The position numbers and the translations under genes were made by a program. A stretch of 61,743 bases of DNA, filler included, from Hausera hauseri (lineage: Eukaryota): assembly GCA_046269625.1 (NCBI GenBank). It is 11 parts of 11 records of this genome, joined end to end, with 100 filler letters (N's around TTAATTAATTAA, not from the genome) between each part and the next. Parts side by side here need not be neighbours in the genome. Positions count along the whole stretch, not along the records: positions 40,688 to 48,819 come from JBJURY010757652.1; positions 48,920 to 54,837 come from JBJURY010168529.1; positions 54,938 to 61,743 come from JBJURY010063662.1; 8 more parts are not named here. The stretch is one strand, 5' to 3'. A model generated the notes under the pieces. The model was not told the origin of the DNA. It was given only the letters and a program-made list of their open reading frames with translations, and searched no databases. Below, piece by piece: positions 48,487 through 60,720 of the stretch; positions within the stretch are counted from its first letter, which is position 1; every line of letters starts with the position of its first letter.

Positions 48487-48819
48487 TAGCTGTAAGCAGC
48501 TTGAATACGACAAAAGCATAAGAAGATTATGATTGTTCCCGACCAGAAATAACAGACACACTTTCATTAATGAATATAGGTAAGTGCCAGAACGCGAATC
48601 CGATATCAGTGAAAAAGAGGGTCCTTACGATTATAATTTGTATCAGAGAATCAGTTATGAACAAGTGCAAGTAAAGGAATGCCAGGTTAATAAAGTAATA
48701 TTCGCTTACAACTGTGGTCGTAATTTATGGAATTCAGTGATTATTCCATTAGGATTACCTAAACCTGTAACAATAACGGCCGAAAATTGTAGGAAAGCCA
48801 CAGATTGGATTCACATAGA
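48471..48819 (+). pseudogene. env: Signal peptide and N-terminus of a chuvirus-glycoprotein-like envelope protein (cut by contig end)
   Basis: LLLYLIAVSSLNTTKA*EDYDCSRPEITDTLSLMNIGKC / YNLYQRISYEQVQVKECQVNKVIFAYNCG..ITAENC. Confidence 0.65.
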
Positions 48820-48919
48820 NNNNNNNNNNNNNNNNNNNNNNNNNNNNNNNNNNNNNNNNNNNNTTAATTAATTAANNNNNNNNNNNNNNNNNNNNNNNNN
48901 NNNNNNNNNNNNNNNNNNN
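48820..48919. other. Artificial contig spacer
   Basis: N44-TTAATTAATTAA-N44. Confidence 0.98.
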
Positions 48920-48989
48920 TACATGTTTGATGGGTTGAATTGAAACATCCATATAATCGTACAGTATAACCAATTGCATTACCAAAGCA

Positions 48990-49198
48990 CAGTGGATGAA
49001 GAAGAAATTCGTGATGCATTCTGGGTTTTTGATAAAGATGGCAATGGCTTTATTTCGGACGCTGAATTAAGACATGTAATGACAAACCTCGGAAAGAAAC
49101 GTACCAACGAGAAAATCGATGAAATGATTCAAGAAGCTGATATTGATGGAGATGGTTAAATTAGTTATGAAGAATTTGTTATAATGATGACAACGATT
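48990..49198 (+). pseudogene. Calmodulin C-lobe (EF-hands 3-4) pseudogene fragment
   Basis: [47 protein letters not shown] with a stop in EF4. Confidence 0.9.
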
Positions 49199-50171
49199 AT
49201 TGCTGCTGGTTGCCCGAAGTGCTGGATGACAAAGTACACAAAGGATGGACAGGAAAAGAATGAAAAGTAAGATATTAATGCTTAGATGTAAGTTTATATT
49301 GATATAGCAATGGAAAATGTAAACATATTTGACATTGGTAAAGAAATTCCATTTGCCCATATGGGACAAATTCGTGTACAAATGACTAATTTGACAATGA
49401 AATACGGTGTTCTTACTGATGGATCTAAAAATGTAGAGACGACTCGTTTTCGAGTATAAGGCACAGTAAAAGGATTTATGTTCACAAAATCGTAGACATG
49501 GATGATCAGTAATCAGTGTCAAAGTCAATGTTCGAGGTATTTAATAACGTACTTTGATCATTTAGGTATAGATCTGGCTCACTAGGAATAGTTTGTAGGC
49601 ATTCTTGGGATGTTCGATGTTTATTTGTTATATTTGTATATTTTGGTCATTAAAAATGAATGAACCCAAATTAGGCAGTTGTACTGTCTAACATACAGAA
49701 CCATATTGGATGAGGAAATATCAACATAACATTTGCTGTGTCTGTCATTTAGCATTAAAAATGTTTTTCTTTCAACATTCGAATTTACAGTAACCTTAAT
49801 GAATAGAGGATCGATGAGAGGTTAAGTGGCCATACTACAACTTCTGATATGAATATTCATTGTCAGTGAAATAAATGTAGGAATATGGATACCGCTTTGG
49901 ATTTTCGAATATTCAATTGAGTACTTGTTCTATATCTTTCAAAGTTTGCATGTCAAGTTTTGGTGAGGTGTGAAGGTTGTTTTGATGATGTTGATTATAT
50001 TTTGTTCCCATGGATACGCCATTTTGGTGGTGCAGGTAATATCATGGCAATTAGAGATGCATCTATTAATAACATTTGATGTTTGATCATATTTTTTGAC
50101 ATATTTTACTGAAAAATAACAAAATTTTGCCAAACATTTTATTCGATAAACACAAAGAGCGTTAACAAATG

Positions 50172-50910
50172 TTATATTAATTGATATCGAGTCCATGAAG
50201 CAGATGAATTTGCAAATCTCAGTTGCAATGACTGATCTGTATAAATGTTCAACATGCAGCTATTGGTACTTATTTGCATGAAGGCACTTTTACAATATGG
50301 CTGCCTGTTCAAACACCTAAAAATTATAACTTAACTTTGTTAAGCACGAATTATTAGCTTACTTAAAGGTACAATACATTGGAGACACGTCAGAATAAGT
50401 CTCCAATAAGCCTTCTTCAGCGTTATTATTCACAACCATCGATGATGGTGACAATTTTATCATTTGTGATACAACCTGGTTCAATACACAAATGACGTCT
50501 ACAGAATGTGGTGAAGTACACGACCAATCACATAAACCAGATGGAGACACATATATGATGCAGTCTTGTGGTATGGAAACGCCGTTCAGTTCACCTGAAG
50601 GCCAGTACGTAGTCTGTGTAAAAATTGACCCATCAAAATTCAGCCATCCATTTTTATCATAGTTTCGTTCATTGACCAAATCTGATATGCCTACATAAAA
50701 ACGGTTAGCCATCCAATTCAGCTGTTTTATGTTATCCAAATCTGGACCATTGGGTAATTGACCATTCATAGTTTCACAATATCGCGCAGCATCCCATGTA
50801 GTCATTGATGTTACTGAATTTCTTTTATAATATGTTTTACCATTAATAATCGATGTAGCTGCATTGGATAACCCAACTAAACAGAGAAACCAAAAGAAAG
50901 TATCAACCAT
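50172..50910 (-). CDS. Secreted C-type lectin + PAN/apple domain protein, two exons (50910-50363, 50316-50172)
   Basis: Signal peptide MVDTFFWFLCLVGLSNA; CTLD (YC..GQL, FYVGISD, W..GELN, QDC, DWSC, VIC); 46-nt GT-AG intron; exon 2 CLNRQPYCKSAF..SCML. Confidence 0.8.
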
Positions 50911-51619
50911 ATTTGAAACTGAAATGAGAAGGCTAAAAAACTGACGTTTACATTTTTGAACAACTGTTTTATTCTGCGTTTGACAAAAACAAATGGCGTT
51001 GATGCTCATTTGTTGTTCTCTCTTTTTTCTATGCAACTATCCAAGATATTTGAAAATAATGAGAACTATTTGATGGGTTTATTTTACATACACAACAAAT
51101 GAATAACAATCAAACTAATAAACTCAGTTGGACTGCGGTAATAAAGGAGTTGAAAATTGGTTGATGAATTTTGATTAGTTTTGTTTTTACTTTTGTGTGC
51201 CGTATGGAATTGATAAAAATATTTTTTTATTAAAGTCGCCATTGTTCCACAATTTACTTATGACTAGATATAACTTGTGGATTTTCCTCCAGGATAAGGA
51301 AAATCTCGTAAACATTGTAAACGGTTTTGACTTTACCATAATTAACACAAACCTCAGGGTGCGATGCCTGACCACAGATGGTCAGGTCAATCGGCACAAT
51401 AAAAATTTATAACTGGATGTCAGAAATGGTACAATTATTGAATGAAAAGTAATCATGGATATATCTAAGGCCTGTATCGAAAAGTATTGACGTTGCATAA
51501 AGTACATTTTTGTGTGAAAAGGCGTTTGATATATAATGATTGGGTTGTATGAAGAAACACGTGAGTGCTATGAGCAACTGTGCGTAGGTGTTTTGAAATA
51601 TCTTTAGTATTTTAATAGC

Positions 51620-52180
51620 ATGGGCGATGACGAAGAGAAATTGCGCAAATTGTTGGCGTACAAAAAATCAACACTTTGTATATCAAGGGAAGTTGGCGTT
51701 TCAATTAGAAAAGTCCAAAGTACGATAAAGAAGGTTCAGATTTTGGAAGGCGTAATGGCGGCCTAAAGGTTCTTCTTCCATAACTATTGATAGAAAGGTG
51801 ATTAAGACGTTTCGCATAGATCCATCGATTTTTCTTCGGGACGTAATTAAAAAAGTGAAAACATCTGAATCAACGGTGCAGCGAGTGAAGCGAAGAGCTG
51901 GATTGAAAACCTATAAGAAACAAGTGTCCGAAACGAAGTGACAGTAAGAAGAAAACAGAGATTCAACGAACCGAATTATTGTACAAGGAAATGTTCAAAA
52001 ATTAAACTGCTTGTGTGGTTATGGATGACAAATCCTTCCATAAAATGGATTTCAGTACATTGCCTGGACCGCAATATTATACTGTATCCCAGGTGTACCA
52101 GTTAAAGATTGTGTGGCAAGCGATTTGCCAGTGTGGCCTTAGAACCTATCCTTTTTTATCAAGGGCCAATGACACAAGAT
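51620..52180 (+). mobile_element. Tc1/mariner DD41D (rosa-like) transposase remnant
   Basis: STVQRVKRRAGLKTYKKQ, CVVMDDKSFHKMDFSTLPGPQYY, VWQAICQCG. Confidence 0.7.
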
Positions 52181-52454
52181 ACGTACCGAAAATTAAAACT
52201 GAAATTGAGATATATAATTTTCTAGATACTCGTTGCTCCGTTCCATTGTAAAATGAATTCATGAAGACTGGGTTACTGTAATTGTGCAATAGTTATAGTT
52301 CTACACATGTGCTGAGAATGCTTTTCAAAATTGTCTTCAGATATTCTCGGATGTACGTGTTTGCCGAAAACACATATGAATGAGAATTAAATGCCGATAT
52401 AATAATTTTTGTTACTCGCTAATGCATTTTCGTCAGAATAAAATTGATTTCCAG

Positions 52455-52672
52455 TTTCGACATCGTATTGTTTTCTATTTTTCTTTTTTGATATTCCCGA
52501 GTATTTCATAGGCGGAAGTAATTGACTTAAACTTTAACATTTCTAGTTTTTCATTATCACTTAAACCATTATTTTTATTCGGGTGATAAAATAATGATTT
52601 TTTATGAATGGCTTTTTTAATGGTTTCATGATCGCTATTTGTATTAATTCGTAAAACTTTATACACAGGCAT
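52455..52672 (-). pseudogene. DnaJ (J-domain) fragment, HPD changed to HPN
   Basis: YKVL..IKKA..SLFYHPNKN..FKSITSAYEIL. Confidence 0.7.
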
Positions 52673-53089
52673 TCACCACGAAACCGCGAATAGCAAAAAC
52701 ACGCCACAGTTAAATTAAAATTAATTATACGTAAACCAAAAATATTCGTCCTCATCCTCTCTTGTATATATTACCCATGCAAATAATTAGGTCCACGCGG
52801 AAGAAGGAATAATCCTGCCTGTATGCACAAAGAACCGAATTCTTGGCTAGGACTCTACAAGTCAGAAACACCTTAAAGGAGTCTTAAATTCTTTCATTTT
52901 ATTTCCTAATACTATTACCTTAAATGAAGTGTCTGAACACACTTAGGTTTCCATTCTGTCTTATCATTCATTCGATATGCCTTTATACAACATTCCGCCA
53001 ATCGAAACCAAAGTCTGGGATTCTTCAGGAAAACACGAACAACTTCAATAAGCAAATCAAACCATCTCATCCATAACAGGATGAATACT

Positions 53090-53412
53090 TGTTATAATAA
53101 TCTGATAATAAAGCCGGATGACTCAGTGACTGATACGATACGTTTGCTGATGATGATGAGTTGAGTTTCATCAGCATTTCATAAAGATTAGGCATTGAAT
53201 AATCGAGGAATTGTTTTTTGAAATCCGAAGCGTTACTTGTGATTTCGTTTCATCATTTTCATAAGGTAAATGCGACATTAGAGTGGGCCGACTAACCGCC
53301 AAATTCGCGGAGACCGGCAAGCAGGGACCAGACAGGCAAATCAACGATCGAACGGCGTTGAGCGCCAAAACAAAATGAGGAATTTGGTGGCCCTGGAAGC
53401 TGCGGCACCGCA
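53090..53412 (-). repeat. Possible solo LTR distantly related to 12125-12440
   Basis: TGTTATA..GCGGCACCGCA ends and length resemble the 12125-12440 copy; no TSD seen. Confidence 0.3.
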
Positions 53413-53457
53413 CCCTAACAGTCCATTTTGGTTGATAACTATTTTTGTTAATCTAGA

Positions 53458-53530
53458 CCGGTGGTTCTCAACTTGTGAATGGCGGCCCTATTTGGGGCCG
53501 CGTTGCGTTATTTGAGGGGTCGCGAGGGGA
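53458..53530 (+). repeat. hAT/Charlie-like MITE terminus
   Basis: CCGGTGGTTCTCAAC start with GGGGCCGCG/GGGGTCGCG subterminal motifs. Confidence 0.4.
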
Positions 53531-53751
53531 TGAACAAAATTTGGTATTGGAGATGCAATTTGATTAAACAATTGACTCGAGTTTATTCATTAATCAAAAA
53601 TTAAATGTTAACACCCTTCTACTCCATGTAGAAAACAATATTCGACTCGCATTTACAAAAAGTGTACTTTCTTGAATTGACATGTTGTGTAGCAAACACT
53701 AATGCCAACCCTCTCTTTTAAATACCGACATTTTTAATAAACCAATTACTA

Positions 53752-54770
53752 CAGGGTCGTCGCTAGAAAAGCGGAAAACTTGAGTGTCAGATGAGGTCAT
53801 GAATAAAATGCGTGCTTACAAATTTCTGTTTTGATTTGTTTCATGTTCTATTTGATACCCACATCATGGAAGGAAACAGGAAACAGCTTTCAAGCTTTCA
53901 AAGGCAAGTGATTTTTCTTTTCAAAAGTGAAAATTCGACTTGGGGACTGACAAAATGTCTAGCTGTGTTACCGACTTTTGTCAACGATTGCAAGGCATCA
54001 GTTTAATAATGTTGCTGCAAGTTTGAAACGAGAAGGTCCTGAAACAGCTGGTACACGCCAAAAAGGAACGGGTCCAAAGAAACGAATTTCGAACGAGGCA
54101 CATGCTACAGGGTAAGATTTGGCCGTTTCATCTGTGCGACACGGTGCAATGAACAGACGTCATTTCAGTCAACGAGAAATCGCTCGACATCTTAATATAT
54201 CGAAAACACCAGTGTTTGAAATTCTAAAAGAAAGTGAACTGAAATGCTATCGTCGAATAAAATGTAACTTCTCAGTGAGCGACATCAAGAAATGCGCAAA
54301 AACAAGTCGCTTGCGTTGATCAATCGCTTTGAACCATATGTGCTTGGAAAAGAATATGGGCTTCTGACGAAGCAAGGTTTTCATTGCAACCCCTTTGTAT
54401 ACACAAAATGATCGCATTTTCCAAGAAGTGTGTGTAAAAACTGTCATAATTGAGGCAGATCTGCTTGTGGAATATGACAATTTGCAACCATCTGTTCTTT
54501 GTTATGCTGCAGTTTCATGGTATGGCAAAACGGAGCTTTAATTTCTTGAAGAATATTATAAGAGATCTGAAGGCAGGAAGAAAAAAACAACAAACCAACA
54601 AGTTTATTGTGAAGAGATGTGTCCACAGATGTTCAGCTATATACGAAATGTAATAGACGACTAAATATGGACATGGCAGCAGGATGTTACCAGGTCTCAC
54701 ACAGCAACGGCTTCAGTTCAGTTTCTTCAGCAATCTACTCCTGATTTCATTGAACCGGAAAATTTGACAA
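53752..54770 (+). mobile_element. Decayed DD37D (maT-like) Tc1/mariner element
   Basis: TA|CAGGGT start; IWASDEA, NDRIF, WTWQQD..H..VQFLQQSTPDFI. Confidence 0.65.
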
Positions 54771-54837
54771 ACACTTTTAACAGCAGTGAAAAAATGGGCG
54801 TTTTGGTGCAAACCTCTACCCTCACCTCATTTAATTA

Positions 54838-54937
54838 NNNNNNNNNNNNNNNNNNNNNNNNNNNNNNNNNNNNNNNNNNNNTTAATTAATTAANNNNNNN
54901 NNNNNNNNNNNNNNNNNNNNNNNNNNNNNNNNNNNNN
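54838..54937. other. Artificial contig spacer
   Basis: N44-TTAATTAATTAA-N44. Confidence 0.98.
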
Positions 54938-55332
54938 CCTAAATTCTTATCTACCGGCATTTGCCTTCAATTTAGCACTGATGTTATAATTGCACTAGCT
55001 ATCAAATTATTACACATTAACATCCCTTTAATGCCGCCGTGACTAGCGACGACATCACGCGCAATACATAGTGGACAATACACTAACCAACTTAATGCAC
55101 TCCAGAAGGGTGCGACAAAATGAACATCTGATTTAGATCCAATGGAGTGGTAATAATTGTAGTATTACTTTTACAGTCAAGCATAGCAGTTGACTTTGCA
55201 CTGAAAATTAGTTATACGAGTAGGGGACATAATTGAGCGATGCTAACTCTAGTTGAACTAGTTAAGAAGTGTGGATAAATTACCGAGAGACATACAATTA
55301 GTGGTAGTCTTGAGATCGTGTGACAATAGACT

Positions 55333-56800
55333 TTGGTAGAGACACCGGAGAGAAACATGACAAAAAAAATGGTGTCAGCACCTCCCCCTACAGAAGAAAG
55401 GATGGTGACTGTACAGCAGCACCAACTCGAGCACATGATAGCGGAACATACAAGCATGAAAAAGGCACACGAGGAGATGAAAGCCATGTGGGAACAACTA
55501 CAAGCACAACAATCTACGGTCACTGGAGCCCGACCTCCACCAAAATCAACTGCAGGAAAAGACGATCCCAATCGAAGAGCACTGGATAAGATTGACAACA
55601 TGGTGAGCAAGATTGATTTAAACAGCAAACACCAGAACGTTTGCACTTTTGTGTAGTCCTTTACAGGAACTGACTCGAAATCCTTTAAGTCTTGGATTTC
55701 ACAAATTGAGAAATACTCACACTTGGTGAAGGCAACACAGGAGGAGAAAAAAGAGCTGGCTACACTACATCAGACGGATTAGCCAACGATTTTATCAAAC
55801 GGAGATTCAGAACACATCCAGATGAAGACTGGGAAGCTTTCAAGAAGACATTAGTGAACAGTTATGCTGAGGTTACAGATATGCAATACGCGATTGCTGC
55901 TCTCAGAACAATCCGTCAGGAAAGAGATGCACTGGTCCAGTTGTACAGTGATAGAATGCTTAATATGGCCGAGGATGCATACATGGGGCAAGACATTATG
56001 GCAGAAGATATCGGCAAGTTACTGATACCTATATTCATTGATGGTCTTAGGAACACACCAACGAAAATAAAATTGATGAAAGATGACCCAAAGACGATAG
56101 CAATTGCGATTCAGACAGCGGTCGATGAAGACAATTTCAACAAGAGAGTCAATATGAGACTAGGCAGAAAGACGCCAAACGATTGACAGGAAGAACACAT
56201 GGACGTAGATCACTTCCAAACAAAATGGCGATGATGACAGCACAGAGAACATGATGAACGTTGGGACGACAGATATTACAGACATAATGCAGTTCACAAA
56301 GTAGAAAGGGATACCAAATGTGGCAAAGATGGACACATTGCCAGAAATTCTAGAAGCAAACAGGAGACAACCAACAACCCCCAGACATAATGCTGCAAGT
56401 TCAAAACAGTGTTACAAATGTGGCAAAGTGGGTCACTTTGCAAAATTTTGCTGAACAGGAGACGGAAGTCATCACAGGCAACAGGAAAACACATATTCTG
56501 TTCCGTAAGCTCCGACCCGAACAGGAAGTTAGCAGGAGCCACACAGGAAATACGGACACAGAGGAGCAAGATATGAAAGTTACCAACATTTCAGTACAAT
56601 AGTCAGGGAATCAAACATTCTAACACAGCAAAAGAGAGATACCATGCACGAACATCTAGAATTATACCGAATATGATGAGGTCTATGAGAAGGTAGGAGA
56701 ATCGAAAATTCAAGAAGAAACCACAGAATCAGAACACGAATACACGAAATGATAAACAGAAAGAAATGAGATTCGCTCAGAACAAGTAACATGACAAACT
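55333..56800 (+). pseudogene. gag: Gag with capsid domain and CCHC knuckle
   Basis: FKSWISQIEKY, LRTIRQ..FIDGLRN, CYKCGKVGHFAKFC. Confidence 0.85.
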
Positions 56801-57056
56801 AGTAGGAAGTCGCAACAGGCAACACACTGAAAACCAAAGTCAGAAGCAGGGCTACAAACACGAACCAATGGAAATAGATGCATCTCATAGAAAGCAGCAA
56901 ACACAGAATTTCCCATTCCCACCCAGCCCCAAGAAGCAGAAAGAAGTTAACACCCACATCCCCAAACCCAGGAAAATCAACGTCCCTTTCCCAGAAGAGA
57001 AGTCACGATAACACACCAGCGGTAGTAGAGGCGAAAGAGACCACAGACTATAGGAA

Positions 57057-60000
57057 TCATAGAGGCGAGATTAACAGCCTTGAAGATCCAAGCTCTTGTT
57101 TAATATATTTTGAGAAGGTCAGAGTCAGATGCTTAGTGGATACAGGAGCCCAAGTCAGTATTTTGAGTGAGAGAGTCTTCAGGATGCTGAAAAAACAGAA
57201 TAAACTAACTCGGAATAACACGGACTTAAGATCTATTACCGGAAGTACACTACAAGTTTTGGGTAAAGCAACATTAGAATTTCGAATCGGCGAGATAAGT
57301 GTGAAACATACGTTCATGATTGTGAGAAACATGTGTAGAAGTGCTATACTGGGAAGAGACTTTTTGCTTCAACACCATGCCAGAATATACTTCGATCTGA
57401 AGAAAATACGAATACGTGATACATACATTGAATTACATGATGATACGCATGTAGCATCCATTATACGAGTCAAACAAAAAGCTTTGTTGAGACCAAATTC
57501 AGTAAATATTATAGTTTCAGCTATGAAGAAAAATGACTATTGGCATATAGGAGACAATGTAACAATCAGCCCATAGAAGATACTGAGATAATTGAAGAAC
57601 CAGGTCTACAAGCAGTATCGGGAATAGTGAAGTTAAACAAAAAGAGAGAGTTCCCAATAATGATAATGAATTTTACCGGAAAAACAATAAAGTTAAAGAA
57701 AGGCTGTATTGTGGCGAAAGCAGACAAGAAAAATGGAGGTAGCTGTGAAACAATAACTAACAGCCAGAGTAATATGCGCCGAACAACAACGGTTGAGACA
57801 CGAAACGACAACATCACAACAGACACAGATCCAAAACGGAGTCATAGAGACCAAGTGCTGCAGGAAATCAAGAGCGGGTTATGGAGAGTGAAGTCGACGA
57901 ATATAGTGGCGGAAGTAAAGCAAACGGAAGATAGACTTACAAAACTACTTGAAACATTGAAAGTCGATAGACAACATAAGGAGAGAGTCGAAAAATTTAT
58001 AACCCAGCATGCAGATGTTTTTGCAATCACGGATATGGAGCTTGGGCGCACGACCACTGTCACGATGGAGATCAATACAGGCGATCATACACCCATTAGC
58101 CTCAAACCTTACAGAACTCCATTAGGCAATCGGGAGATAGTGGAAAAAGCGGTCGAAGAAATGCTTCAAGCAGGTATCATTGAGCGTACGAGATCTGAAT
58201 GGTCGTTTCCAGTTGTCATCGTGACTAAGAAAGATGGATCACACAGATTTTGTGTTGATTACAGACAACTGAACGCCGTTACAACCAACGTCAGTTACCC
58301 CATGCCGCTCATAGACGATATACTAGGACTTTTAGATGGCACGACTTACTTTACCACCCTCGATGCCAGATCTGGATTTTGGGCTATACCAATGTCACCG
58401 GATGCCAAGCAGAAAAGTACCTTCTGTACCCATACTGGTTCATATGCATGGAATGTGATGCCCTTCGGTTTGAAAGGCTCACCCGCGACCTACATGTCGT
58501 TAATGAACATTGTACTGGAAGGCCTACAAAGCTTCGCGTTGGCATATATAGATGATGTGCTATTTTTCACGAAAGGAGATATTGAACACCACTTAGCACA
58601 CGTTGAGAAAGTCTTTGATCGAATGAGGTAGCATAAAGTAAAACTAAAACTTAGTAAATGCGAGTTCCTCAAAGAAGAAACAAAATATCTGGGATTCATT
58701 ATTACCAGAGAAGGAATCAAGCCAGATAAAGAAAAAGTAGCAGCAATCAGACAGATGCCACCACCACGTACAACGAGAGAAGTTCGAGGATTTTTGGGCA
58801 CTTGCGGATACTACCGTCGATTCATAAAAGATTTCTCAAGAATAGCTGAACCACTAGTGGCCCTGACAAGAAAATTCGCCAGATTTCGATGGGAAGAAGA
58901 ATGCCAAAGAGCGTTTGACCAGCTGAAGCAAAGTTTGACAGTTGTCCCATTATTAGCATATCCCGATACCAGCAAAGGATATATTTTATATACGGACGCT
59001 TCCGATTACGCCATAGGCGCCGTTCTTACCCAAGAAGACGGTGAAGAAATTGTCAATGGCAAGCCGAGAAAGAAAGAAAAACCGATATACTTTCTCTCAC
59101 ACCGATTAAGCAAATCCCAGAAGAAGTGGCCCGTACTAGAGAAAGAAGCATATGCTATCCATTATGCTCTACAAAAACTCAACTTCTATTTGCATAACAG
59201 TCAGTTTGTAGTCCGCACTGACCATATGCCTCTGAAAGCGATGTTAAGATCCGACGTCCAGAACAAGAGAATGCAACAATGGATACTTAACCCTCAAGGC
59301 TATAATATTTCTATAGACTACATCAGAGGACCACAGAATACAGTGGCCGACATGTTATCAAGAATATCAGAATCAATACCAGCAAAATAACCAACTGAAG
59401 CAACAACAGACGAAGCAACTCCAGATATCGATGACCATACATTACAGATTTCAGTAATCAATTCTGATCAGAAACATCTATATAAAGACGATAGCAACAC
59501 TGACTCAACAAATGAAGAACATACTGAAACAATGTTCGCTATGAGAACCTAGCAAAATAAAGACGACACGTTAAAAAGAATCATTGACGATCTGAAGTCA
59601 GGGAAACCTGACAAGTTACAAAAGTGGCGGAAGTTTACACTTGAAAACGGTGAACTATACAGAATTGGTGGAACCGAAAAACACAATTTCAAAGAATGTG
59701 TCCCGAAACAGCTGAAAGAAGAGGTCATTAAGCAATATCACGATGAACTAGGTCATCTAGGCAGAGACCGTACCACCGAAATGATTGCTCGTAAATATTA
59801 TTGGGCTAACATGAACAAGGTGATAAACGAATATGTGAAACTCTGAAAAATGCAAACTACGGAATATGGAAGCTTTGCGGCATCCACTTCAGGACCCTGA
59901 TTATGCCTCTTTCCCATTTGAAAAGATTAGTTTGGACTTATCGGGACCTCACCCAGTTACAGCATCAGGAAACAGTTACATCTTGCACATTGTAGATATT

Positions 60001-60720
60001 TATAGCTGTTGGCACGAACTACATGCCCTACCAGACAGATCAGCAAACGGCATTATCGAAGTTCTAATGGAGGAAGTAATCCCATGCTATGGTTGTCCGA
60101 AAATTCTGATAACCGATAACGGCAGGGAATTTGTCAATAAGGCAATGACAGACACCCTTCGAGAGTTGAACATCAAACACATCACAACTGCTACATACAA
60201 CCCGGGAGCGAACGGATTTAATGAACGTCAGCATAGCACGCTATGTGATGTTATCACCAAGTACGTAAATAACCAACCGAAAGACTGGGACATGTACTTA
60301 AAGCAGGCAGCCATGGTAGTTAGAATCAAGGAGAATGGGAGTCGACGATATGCACCATATGAAATGCTATTCGGAAGAGAACCCATTTAGCATTGGACAA
60401 CTTGCTGAAACCAAGACCAAAGTACAATGGTGAAGAGTTCCACAAATATGAGACTTCATGAGATATCCGTCAACATCAGTAGGAACTTAAGGCACGCACT
60501 TAAACAGAGAAAAGATCGCATTGAACCAAACACAACGAATCAAGAATTTGCAATAGGAGATAAACTATACTACAAGAATCACCATCGGTCCTCAAAAATG
60601 GATAATAGATGGATCCCAGGATACCAGATAGTTGAACAAAAAGTTCCAGTTACCTATGTCATCAAAAACCAGTATACGGGTCAATCCACCACTACAACCA
60701 CCAGTCAACTTAGGAAAGAT
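57057..60720 (+). pseudogene. pol: Pol: protease, RT, RNase H, integrase
   Basis: LVDTGAQVS, RFCVDYRQLN, YIDD, YTDASDYAIG, SLDLSGP, ITDNGREF, YNPGANGFNER. Confidence 0.95.

Larger units (their letters stand above)
40688..48819 (+). mobile_element. Virus-like LTR-retroelement segment: RING, IAP, UBA-RING, Gag polyprotein with accessory domains, Env-like glycoprotein
   Basis: Compact intronless same-strand gene array around a retrotransposon capsid domain. Confidence 0.75.

Noticed and set aside
42791-48520. Alternative genetic code or programmed readthrough to explain in-frame stops
   Set aside because: TAA, TAG and TGA all occur along with frameshifts; ordinary decay is simpler
31842-48819. 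Joining the pol contig and the IAP-gag-env contig into one element
   Set aside because: Separated by artificial spacers and another contig; linkage cannot be shown from this window
50911-51036. N-terminal extension of the lectin ORF in the ORF track
   Set aside because: The signal peptide starts at the ATG at 50910; upstream looks like UTR/intron
6772-54937. Ten regularly recurring TTAATTAATTAA motifs flanked by N runs, superficially like a repeat array
   Set aside because: Identical 100-bp assembly linkers with stops in all frames; not biological and not CRISPR
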